A stretch of DNA of 64,000 nucleotides from assembly GCA_015680685.1 (NCBI GenBank), contig MNCI01001519.1, positions 573,318 through 637,317 on the forward strand, read 5' to 3'. This stretch comes from Gnetum montanum (Eukaryota > Plantae > Gnetophyta). The first letter of the stretch is position 1; every line of letters starts with the position of its first letter. Position numbers and translations under genes: made by a program. The notes under the pieces were generated by a model. The model did no database searches and was not told where the DNA came from. It saw only the letters and a program-made list of their open reading frames with translations. Below, piece after piece: positions 22,450 to 33,074 of this stretch.

Positions 22450-25400
22450 GCAAGAAGGAGTATGAAGATCTCCTTGGACCCAATCTGCTGGACGCATACA
22501 ATAGTATGCTTAGCTGGCAACAAGTCAGGAGGGAAATCAATTGCTCAAGGGTGGTGCTATTACCCAAGGTCCCTAACCCATCATCACCGGAACATTTCCG
22601 ACCCATCGGGGTCTGCAACACTCTTCTACGAGTTTTTTCCAAGATGTTAGTTGGGCGCCTTGCACCGTTAATGGGGAATTTGGTTGGGTAGCATCAGGCT
22701 AGGTTCATTAAGGGACGTTTTCTACAGGACCAGGTGCTACTCTTGCAAGAGATCCTACACTCGGTTAGGGTGGCTAGATTTTTGGGAATGTGCATTAAAC
22801 TTGACATCACCAAGGCCTATGACATAGTGAGCTGGGCGACGCTTAGGACGGTGATGATGGAGAAAGGGTTTGATGCCAAGTTCGTCAATCTCTGTATTCA
22901 AATGCAGCAAAGCGGCTGCTACTCTCTTGACATCAATGGGAGGCTATGTGGGTTCGCTGGAACAGGGCGTGGATTGAGGCAAGGTGATCCATTGTCACTA
23001 CTCCTCTTTATCATCGTCATGGGTTTGTTTAAAGGTTATTGCCTCGCCGAAGGTGTTTAGGGACTCCATGTTGCTGGGGTGCACAGTCTAGCATCCCACT
23101 ATGCAGATAATATGATGGTCTTCTCTAAGGTTGCGGTGTCGTAGGCTGCGGCCTTGTTACAGGCGATGGCGGATGCAGCATGAGGTAGGCCTCGAAGTTA
23201 ATAAGGGGAAGTCCACCATATACTTCATTCACACAGATGGAAGGGTGTAGGCTAGGATTACACAAACGTTGGGCATTTTACCAGGCCATTCCCACAACAC
23301 ATACTTGGGCATGCCTATCTTTGATTGGAAACAACAAAGAACTTGGCAGGGATTGGTGGAGAGGGTTCAGCAGTGGACCATGCTTTGGACCAACCATTTT
23401 CTATCCCGAAAAGGGAAGATGGTGCTTGTTGTGTCAGTTCTAATGGCAATTGCCCGATTTGCGGTGTCTATGGCAATGCCGCTGGCCACGGTGATACAAA
23501 AAATTGACGACATTGTGAGGGAGTTCATGTGGTCATGTGACAAAGGGGGCAAGAAGATGCATTTGGTGTCATGGATGATGACAACACGTCCCAAATTGGC
23601 AGAGGGCATTGGCATTTTGGGGTTTGGAGATGAGATGGCCTTGGGCACACACCGTCTGCTGAACAGGTACATGGGGCAAACTGTAGGAGCAGCACCGTGG
23701 GTGCAGATTCTACAGTAGAAATACCTGCGTTGGGAGTCTTAGCTAGATTGCTCCCAGCTCTGGAAAAATTTCTGCTGCCATGCTGGTGTGATGGAGCAGC
23801 TTGGATTATTGGGGTAGCACTCGAAGGAGCTAGTCAAATTCCTATATCTGCGAGAAGAGGGGTGGGTGGAGTTATGGAAAGACCATCTCCTTGAGAAGGT
23901 CAAGGTGTTTGGTTGGCTCCGCAAACACAAAGTGCTACTGGTGAGGGCCACGTTGAGAGAGCAGGGGTTATAGCTAGATGCCAGTTGTCTGTGCTGCCAA
24001 GTGACACCCGAAACACTACACCACCTTATATAGGGGTGTCGGTTCTCTCAGGACATGTGGCTGGCTATAAATCTCTCCCACACAACGAGGTTCCATAGGG
24101 ACTCTTTACAACTTGCCATGTTGTGGGTCCTGTGGAAACGTAGGAATTCCTTGAATTTTCGAGGACAACCGCTCCCTACAACCACGGTGGTGGTTCGAGA
24201 GGCACATATGCTATGGACTAAGGCAACTGAGGCCATGAAACAATGGCTGCTTTTCGAGTCGTCATGGACAGAATTCTCCAGTATGCCCAAGTTATGGACG
24301 TTGGTCAAAAGGAAGGGGTGGGTGGAGATGCTCAAACGCTTGGAAGGTGAACCGAACCTTCCCACACAACAATTCTACAACAATTGGGTGGAAGACACTA
24401 CACAATACAAGGGCAAGAGGATTGAAGTAACAATACAGGCATTGGTTGCTGCACTAGGGGTGGAGAATGCAGGGGAGATCATGGTGCCGGTTGCAAGGGC
24501 ACAGATTGACATGATGGAGTTCTTCCCAGGACCCATTCCTAGGACTGCTAGCGGGCACATCCAAAAGTTTGGATTGCAGGGAGTCTGGAGGGATGTGGCA
24601 CTCATGGTGGAGAGGTATTTTGTCCAATCCGGGTACCCCCACAAACTTGTGGGGGTGCATTTCACCTTCCTCAAGCATCTTCGACAAGGTTCCCCTATAA
24701 ATCTACCCCAATTTTTCTGGGAATCCTTTCGAAGAAGACAGCCGAGGCAACACCTAGGGGTGATTCTTGCACTTTGGCGTAGGGGTGTGCCGACTGCCCA
24801 CTCGACGCCAACAATTGTGTACCAATGGCAGTGGTGCCATGGGTAGGCTGCCAAGGTGCAAACATAGGATAGCTAGGGCCCTAAGTCAAGTGGGGCCAAA
24901 GCTCCGAGCCCGTCCGTAGTCATGGAGTTAGCACAAGAGCAGAGCACCAGTGGTCAAACACTACTGGAAGAGTGCCGCCTAGTTGCCGAGCAGGCACACT
25001 TAGAGGAGTGCGTGCGGTGGCAACTTCGGTGGGAGGACATGAGGTAGAAGGCCCGAAGGAAAGTAAATGCCTCACGCTTGCAAGAGCTCAGGTGGATGAA
25101 AGCGGTGATCACAGAGCACTGGATGGGATTGGCATAGCTCAAACAAAGAATCAGCGATTGGTGCTTGGGCTAGTGACAACAGTTTAGCAAGCTGCAGTTG
25201 GCATAGCTACGTCAGAGACATTGACTGCGGCTAAGAGCATGGGGTCCGAGTCGCGGTTGGTCAAGACTGCAAGGTGCAATGGTTCGGGGTTGGATGCATT
25301 TAGGTAGGGTTGTGCAACTGTTGGGGGTTGTTGTTGAGTTCGATCCCCCCTTCCTTTTGTTGATGGGTTGCGACCTTGGGTTGTGGGTCCTTAGGTAATG

Positions 25401-25547
25401 TGAGGGATCTACACTACGCAGGCATGTGGGTTCTTAGGAAATGTTGCAGGTGACCGCTGAGTCACGTGGTTGGGGTTTTTTGCGGACTAGGGTCAATAAC
25501 CCTTTGTATACATTTGTATATCTTTCTTTTTCTGGAATAAAATCTCT
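22450..25547 (+). mobile_element. L1-clade LINE, 5'-truncated, with an extended ORF2 C-terminus
   Basis: RT motifs LLPK..FRPIGVCN, KLDITKAYDIVSW, GLRQGDPLS, YADNM and YLGMP; zf-RVT CLCC..ETLHHL..C; WKRRN motif; AATAAA just before the N at 25548. Confidence 0.9.
23269..25398 (+). pseudogene. L1 ORF2 C-terminal region: post-RT segment, zf-RVT, an accessory domain (about 24250-24790) and a helical or coiled-coil tail
   Basis: One reading frame with only TAG/TGA interruptions up to the first TAA at 25396-25398. Confidence 0.75.
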
Positions 25548-26005
25548 NGTTGTAAGAGAAGGAACTAGCTTAATTCAATCATGAGGATATGTTAAGATAT
25601 CCGATGGCAATTTTGTATTATACTGTAAAACTTGGATTTACTAATGTTGAGTCGAAATACACTATCTTTGTAATTTGAGTATTCAACACTAGCTCTGTGT
25701 GCGCTCATGTACAATTGGACTCTTTTTCCCACCACTGTTTTCATTGGTTTATTTCTATAGGTTCCATGTGCTCCATTGTTCTTCACTAGGCACAGTGAAG
25801 GGTAGATGTGTTGATGGAATTCCAACTTAGTTCCCAATGTATTCCCACTAAAGGTGTGTTGGCCCTCTTACATTAGTGTATCCCCAATGCCCTGCAACTA
25901 GAAGCTAGAAGAAGTGGCCCCAAAGACCTAGTGTGCTCGTGCAAGGGAGTTTAACGCCGAACAACCAACACAACCCCCTTTTACATAATCTGAAAAATCT
26001 AAATT

Positions 26006-26172
26006 AAAAAAAAAAAAGATAATCACCCAAAGCCTCTATACTCATCGCACCAAGCAAAGTCCTAGGAAGATTGGTGGATAAGCAGAAACCTAACCTCTTC
26101 AAGGAACTCCACTTAGACTCTAACCCACATATTTCAACTTAAGAAATAAGCACCTTGCCATCACTTCAAATG
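26006..26172 (-). mobile_element. SINE, same family as 14530-14687
   Basis: Minus strand: tttgaagtgatggcaaggtgctt...cctaggactttgcttggtgcgatgag...T-tail. Confidence 0.65.
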
Positions 26173-26809
26173 ATGGTACCTAATCTGAAAACTAAAAATA
26201 ATCAAGGGAAATTTCATTTTGAAATTTTGATTCTTTTGTTTTCCAATTTCTTGTTTTGAAGCATTAAATTATTTTCTCCATCCCTCAAGTAAGTATGTAT
26301 TTCATTTTTGTATGTTTAAAGTCATCATTCACAATGTGACTAGACTCTATCAATGTTGTTATACTTATGTAGTCTAGAACTGTTTGGTCAATATGGAATT
26401 GAGTATCTACATGGTGTAATAAAGCTAAGTTCATTTTCTTTAATTTTCCTGTATGTGTGTTCAATTATTGAGGCATTGAGGCATGAATTGAACAAACATA
26501 CCCTTCAACTTATACATCAAAATGACATTTTTAACTTTAAATAATTAATCAATTTATTTAATTAATTAGCTTAGGTTGCATTAGTGTGTAAGTGTGAAGC
26601 TTACCATAAAACCACCTTACCTGAGGAGGTCACGTTTGTCTAGTATGATGGTGGTCCATCAAGAACATAGTTGAAGAAATTTTATTTGCTTTTGTGTGTA
26701 TCAGGTTTCATCTATCCTGCAAGGGACTACTATGCTAGCTTGTTTTATTTCGCTTTCATGTGTGTCTTGTTGTGCTTGTCCCACAAGCAATGGTAACATG
26801 TGTTTAATT

Positions 26810-27630
26810 GCTTTCATGTGTGAGCATTGCACCTATCACACAAGGGATGGTAATGCATGTGTTTAATTTCATTGTATTCTTTTATTTCAAAAGTACCAAT
26901 GCATTCAATTATGTGATAATACCAAACACTTAGCATCCTCCAAGCTTTTGAAGTTAACTTTGCCTCCATAATCATATGACCAACCCTCAACATCACACAA
27001 AAGTAAATAATGTCCTATACGGTGATCATGTATATCTGATTTCAAACATCATCATCAACAACATGCCACCTTTATCATATCAACCTAGGCTAATTGTTAA
27101 GGTGGGTAGATTACTTCACTATGATGTTTATAGCTTGTTGTCTACCTAAAACCAATATACTGTAGTTGTGCCCTCATGTGGCACATGCCTCAAGTGATAC
27201 TTAAACCCAAAATATATTGGTTAACAAACCAACAAATTCCAAATGCAATTATTCAACATTCAAGCATCTTATCAAGTATCCGAGAAATGTACCCTTGTTT
27301 GTACCAATATCTTCATCAAGTAGACTTTCTGAATTTGCCAATGTGACACATTAAGTTTGTTACATGCAAACACCTCAGAAATTTCGTTCCCATGCCATGT
27401 CCATTAGCATTGAAAAGATGTAAAGACTCCTATTAAAATAAATTTTTAAATGATCAGCTGCCAAACATCTAGAAATCATAGATCAATGCATCAAAAGCCA
27501 AATGACTATTCATCCTATTGTTGTTTCTGTCCTTCAAAGAACCAAGCCTTGACTTCTAAATGCAATGCATGGATAAATCATAGTACACAATATCAGACAC
27601 ATCTATCTACACCAACGTTACTTCAGAAAC
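26810..27630 (-). pseudogene. Highly decayed hAT (ZMYM1/TTF-like) transposase remnant
   Basis: Minus-strand fragments DEDIGTNKGTFLGYL (cf. NxGNFLEL), GWSYDYG (cf. GQxYDGA) and CNAH (cf. HCxAH), in the expected order. Confidence 0.35.
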
Positions 27631-27665
27631 CTACAATTGATCATCATCATCATCATCCTAGCCTT

Positions 27666-28341
27666 TGTTGGAAAAATAAAGACAAATACATTAATTGTTG
27701 TATTTCTTTTTATGTTGCATTTGATGTGGGGATGTGTTTTATCCCACATGTATTAGGATTGGGGTTTGGTCCTCATGTTTCCTCATAAATAGGAGGCTTG
27801 GTGTTTTATCCCACGAGGCTTGGTGTTTTATCTCACATGTATTAGGATTGGAGTTTGGTCCTCATGTTTCTTCATAAATAGAAGGCTTGGGGTAGCCTTT
27901 AGTGTATGCTTTGAAGTGAAAGCATTGTATCAAGGTTTTACCTTGGAGACGTGAGTCTTGTTGGTGTTGATCTAAGATCTGTTGGAATAACAAATTGGGT
28001 GTTTGGAAAAGTTACAATGACAGCTTGTGTCTTAAAGATTTGAGAAGAATAGAAGGCAGATCAGCATTGTTGTGGAAGTAGGGTAAAAAGGGCCCGAACC
28101 ACATAACTCTCTGTGTTCTTGTGCTATTTTTACTGTTTTCATTCTGCTTTCATTTTGTTATCACAGCAAATGTTTGCTAGAGTTTAGAACGTTTTGAGAG
28201 TGATTTATAGTGTTTCTTGACCTGCTACAGTGCAATATTTTGCCTCTAATGATTTATTCAGATCTGTAGGGTTCTAATAATTTCTCTAGAGCATTTGTAG
28301 TGTGTTTTCAGATCTAATTGTTTTCAGATCTGATTATAATA
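27666..28341 (+). repeat. Copia 5' LTR (676 bp)
   Basis: TGTTGG...TATAATA; near-identical to 32423-33074. Confidence 0.95.
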
Positions 28342-28343
28342 AC

Positions 28344-28355
28344 TGGTATCGGAGC
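28344..28355 (+). promoter_or_regulatory. Primer binding site, tRNA-iMet
   Basis: TGGTATCGGAGC, one mismatch to the canonical TGGTATCAGAGC. Confidence 0.9.
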
Positions 28356-28368
28356 TAGATTTAAAGAG

Positions 28369-31300
28369 ATGGAGAGGCTGCAAACAATGGAAAGATTGGT
28401 AGGAAAGAACTGGAACGTTTGGAGCATTTTGATGAAGACTGTTTAAGCACAAAAGGAGAGCCAAGAGGCCCTAGAACCCTCTCAACCAGCAGGAATGTCA
28501 ATTGCTAATTGAAGGAAAATTAAGACTAGGGCATTATCTTTCCTTCATCCAACCCTGAGCAATGGGATTTTGGCCTCAATCAAACCTAATATGGATCTGC
28601 ATGATCTGTGGCAAACATTGAAGAATAGGTTTGACAAAGTATCAGGTTTGAATACCTTTCACATTTATCAGAAAGTTTTTAGATGCAAGAAGAGATCTGA
28701 TTTGTCTTTTCAAGATCATTTGGATGAGATGATGGAAAATCTGAATAAGTTTGAGAAATATAAAATTGTTATTCCATATTTAGTTAAATCTTATGCTTTG
28801 TTAGACTTCTTACCTGATTCCTGGTCTGCAATTGTGACATCTATTACTACTTCTATGAGTATTTCATCTATGACATTTGAACAGGTTGTGTCTACCCTTC
28901 AGGATTCAAAAGGAAGAGTAGATGAGTCTTCTAGATCTGGAAATGTTCATGTAGCAAAGGAAAGAGGTAGAAGTAGGAGACATTTCCCAAGTAGAGGGAG
29001 AAGCACGGATAGAGGAGTATCATATGGCAGAACTCAAACTCAAGAGTGCTGGTACTGCAAGAAGAAAGGTCATTTGAAGAAGGATTGCTTTGCATGGAAA
29101 CCACAGAAAAATAAAGGAAAGGAGAAGAAGTCAAAAGAAGGAACATCAAAGGTACATGTAGCTAATGAAAACGTTAGTTTTCTGATTCAAGAACAATGTA
29201 CAATGGTGGCAGATGGATGTAGCAGTGACATCTGGTTGATTGACTCAGGTGTCTCCTTTCATATTTGTCCAAATAAGTCTTATTTTGCATCTTATCATAA
29301 AGTTGAATCTAGTTTTGTATATGCTGCTAATGGAAAAGCTTTAAAAGTTCTTGGAATTGGAAGTATAAGTCTACAACAAGCAGGGATGCCAAAGGTGACA
29401 ATAGATAATGTTAGACATGTTCCTGAAGTTACAAAGAAGTTGATTTCAATTCCACAGCTAAATGATCCAAGTCTGAATTTTAGTAGTGGAGGTGGACATT
29501 GGAGGATTTCCAAGGGAATCATGACCATTCTAAAAGGAAAGAAGGAGGGCAACTTATATACATTGATGGTAGATTCATGCAACTCTATTGCAACAGTTTC
29601 TGATAAAGAAAATTCTGAAGTGTGGCATAAACATCTTGGACACATTGGCTGTCAAGCTTAAAGGTACTTCAAAATCAGACTCTCATTCCTGTATTTTCTT
29701 ATGCTCAAACTGATTGCAAAGACTGTTTAGTTGGAAAATCTAGGAGAGTAAACTTTCGTAGGGATTTGGACAGCAGAAAGAAAAATAAGTTAAAATTGGT
29801 TTATTCTGATGTTTGTGGTCCTATGACTCCCATTTCTCTTGGTGGATCTATTTATTTTGTGACTTTCATAGATGATTGTACAAGGAAGATTTTGGTTTAT
29901 ATGCTGAAATCAAAAGATGAAGTGTTTTCAGTTTTCAAAACATTTGTTGCAAGAGTAGAAAATGAAACAGGTCTGAAAATAAAATGTTTGCAAACTGATA
30001 ATGGTGGGGAGTACACTTCTAAAGTATTTGCTGATTTTTGCAACATCAAAGGAATTAGGCACATTCGTACCCCTCCTGGTACCACAGGAAAATGGAGTTG
30101 CTGAAAGATGCAACAGAACATTGCTGGATTGTGCTAGAACAATGGTTTCAAGTGCAAGCCTACCTAAGACATTTTGGGGAGAGGCAGTTATGACTGCTGC
30201 ATATTTGGTGAACAGGTCTCCACATTCTTCAATTGATAATGTTGTTCCAGAAGTTGTTTGGAAAGGTAAAAACGTTTCATACAGTCATTTAAGAGTTTTT
30301 GAATGTGAGGCATTTATGCATATTCCAAAGGAAAACAAAACTAAGTTGGAGGACAGGGCTAAAAGTTGCATATTTGTTGGATATGGAGAAGATGAGTTAC
30401 AATTCAGACTTTGGGATCCTGAATTGAAACATGTAGTGAGGTCAAGGGACGTTAAATTCAGAGAAAATGTGATGTTTAGTGAGCTGCAAAAGAAAGACAT
30501 GGACAGAAATGGCTCAAAAAGCATAAGGACTCCTTTTAGCGTGACTAAGGAAATTGAAAATGATGAAATTCATGGATTTTCCAAATCTGGAAACTTTGGA
30601 CAACATGTTGAAAGTACATGGCAGCAAGCTGAGAACTTAGGACAGCAAGGAGAAAATGCAGGACAGCAAGAAAATGAGGTAGAAGATGATGAACAACAAG
30701 CTGCAGATGTGTCTCATTGGGTTAGAAGGTCAACCAGAACTACCAGACCTCCTAACAGGTACTCTCACTCATTGAATTATGTATTTTACAACGATAGTGG
30801 TGAACCAAAAACAGTGAAGGAAGTCATGACATGTGTTGATGCCACAAAGTGGAAGGCAACTATGAATGATGAATGGGAATCACTCCAACAGAACAAAACC
30901 TGGGAGCTAGTTCAATTGCCAAAAGGGAGAAAACCCTTGGAGTGCAGGTGGCTATACAGAATTAAATCAAAGCCAAATGGGGAAAAATGTTTCAAGACTA
31001 AGTTGGTGGTGAAAGGCTATGCACAGAAACCAGGTGTTGACTTTCAAGAAATTTTTTCTCCAGTAGTAAAACACTCTTCTACATGTTTAGTGCTATCATT
31101 GGTGGCCTACATGGACTTAGAGTTGGAACAACTTGATATAAAAATAGCATTCCTCCATGGAGATTTGGAGGAGGAAATTTACATGAAATAGCCAGAAAGG
31201 TATGAAGAACAGCAAGGTTCAGGTCTGGTTTGTAAACTGAAAAAGAGTTTATATGGTTTGAAACAAGCCCCTAGGCAGTGGTATAAAAGGTTTGATACTT

Positions 31301-32369
31301 TCATGAAGAAGCTATCTTATCAGAAAAACAACCTAGACCACTGTGGGTATTTTTCTAGAGATATTTCAAGTAAATTTACAGTGTTGTTGTATGTTGATGA
31401 TATCTAATTGCTGGAAATGATATAGCAGAGATAAAACGTTTAAAATTGGAAATGGGCAAAGAATTTGCTATGAAGGATTTGGAACAAGAAAAGAAAATTC
31501 TTGGTATGAATATTTACAGGGACAGAAAAAGGAAGAAGCCGTGGTTGAGTCAGGAAGATTACATTGGAAAGGTTCTGAAGCATTTCAACATAGAGGATGC
31601 AAAACCTGTAAGTACACCTTTTTCAGCACAGTTTAATTTATCAAAGGACTGTCCAAAGTCAAAAGAGGATTTTGAAAAGGTTAAAATATCCCATATATTT
31701 CTGCTGTTGGGTCATTGATGTATGCCATGGTTTGTACACATCCTAATATTGCTTATGACGTCCTAATATTGCTTATGCCGTTGGAGTAGTTAGTAGATTT
31801 ATGACCAACTATGGGTGGAATCACTAGTTAGCTATCAAATGGATTTTAAAATATTTAAAGGGCACAAAAGTGCATTGCTTATGTTTTGGAGATGCTAATC
31901 TGCACATTGAAGGTTTTGTAGATACAAACTTTGCTGTTGATCATGATACAAGATGATCTTCTACAGGGTACACATTTATTTTTGGTGGTGCAGCAGTGAG
32001 TTGGTTGTCACGTCTACAACCACTAGTAACTTTATCTACAACTGAATCAGAGTATGTAGCCCTCACAGAAGCATGCAAGGAGATGTTATGGATGAAGAGA
32101 TTTTTGCAGTCTCTTGGATTAAAACAACAAAGGTATGTTGTGTTTTATGATAGTTGAGTGCAATCCATCTTGCAAAGAATTCTGCCTTTCATGCCAGGAC
32201 AAAACATATAGATGTCCAATTCCACTTCATAAGAGAAATCATAGAGGATGGCTTGGTGCATGTTCAAAAGGTCCATACAAAGCTCAACGTTGTTGATGCT
32301 TTAACAAAACTAGTGATAGCTGAAAAACACATTTTCTGTAGGAAGAAGCTTGGGATAACTGAAGCTTAA
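28369..32369 (+). pseudogene. Copia gag-pol polyprotein with frameshifts and stops
   Basis: Zinc knuckle CWYCKKKGHLKKDC; protease WLIDSG; integrase WHKHLGH, YSDVCGP, TDNGGEY, QENGVAER; RT LVVKGYAQKPGVDF, AFLHGDLEEEIYM, LYVDD; RNase H FHARTKHIDV. Confidence 0.95.
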
Positions 32370-32422
32370 TCAGAAGTGCACATCTCTTAAAGGTTGGTTG
32401 GATTTGTCTTCAAGGGGGAGTT

Positions 32423-33074
32423 TGTTGAAAAAATGAAGACAAATACATTAATTGTTATATTTTCTTTTATGTTGCATTTGATGTGAGGATGTCTTATCCC
32501 ACATGTATTAGGATTGGGGTTTGGTCCTCATGTTTCCTCATAAATAGGAGGCTTGGTGTTTTATCCCACATGTATTAGGATTGGGGTTTGGTCCTCATGT
32601 TTCTTCATAAATAGAAGGCTTGGGGTAGCCTTTAGTGTGTGCTTTGAAGTGAAAGCATTGTATCAAGTTTTTACCTTGGAGACGTGAGTCTTGTTGGTGT
32701 TGATCTGAAATCTGTTGGAATAACAGATTGGGTGTTTGGAAAAGTTACAAGGACAACTTGTGTCTTGAAGATTTGAGAAGAATAGAAGGCAGATCAGCAT
32801 TGTTGTGGAAGTAGGGTAAAAAGGGCCCGAACCATATAACTCTCTGTGTTCTTGTGCTATTTTTACTGTTTTCATTCTGCTTTCATTTTGTTATCACAAC
32901 AAATGTTTGCTAGAGTTTAGAACGTTTTGAGAGTGATTTATAAAGTTTCTTGACCTGCTACAACACAATATTTTGCCTCTAATGATTTATTCAGACCTGT
33001 AGGGTTCTAATAATTTCTCTAGAGCATTTGTAGTGTGTTTTTAGATCTAATTGTTTTCAGATCTGATTATAACA
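32423..33074 (+). repeat. Copia 3' LTR (652 bp)
   Basis: TGTTGA...TATAACA, following the PPT. Confidence 0.95.

Larger units (their letters stand above)
27666..33074 (+). mobile_element. Full-length Ty1/Copia LTR retrotransposon (5.4 kb) with 5-bp TSD GCCTT
   Basis: Two LTRs, PBS, PPT AAGGGGGAG (32412-32420), gag-PR-INT-RT-RH order; TSD at 27661-27665 and 33075-33079. Confidence 0.97.

Noticed and set aside
24250-24790. RNase H domain at the end of L1 ORF2
   Set aside because: No N.DG catalytic motif, AE..A helix or E.DS motif is visible
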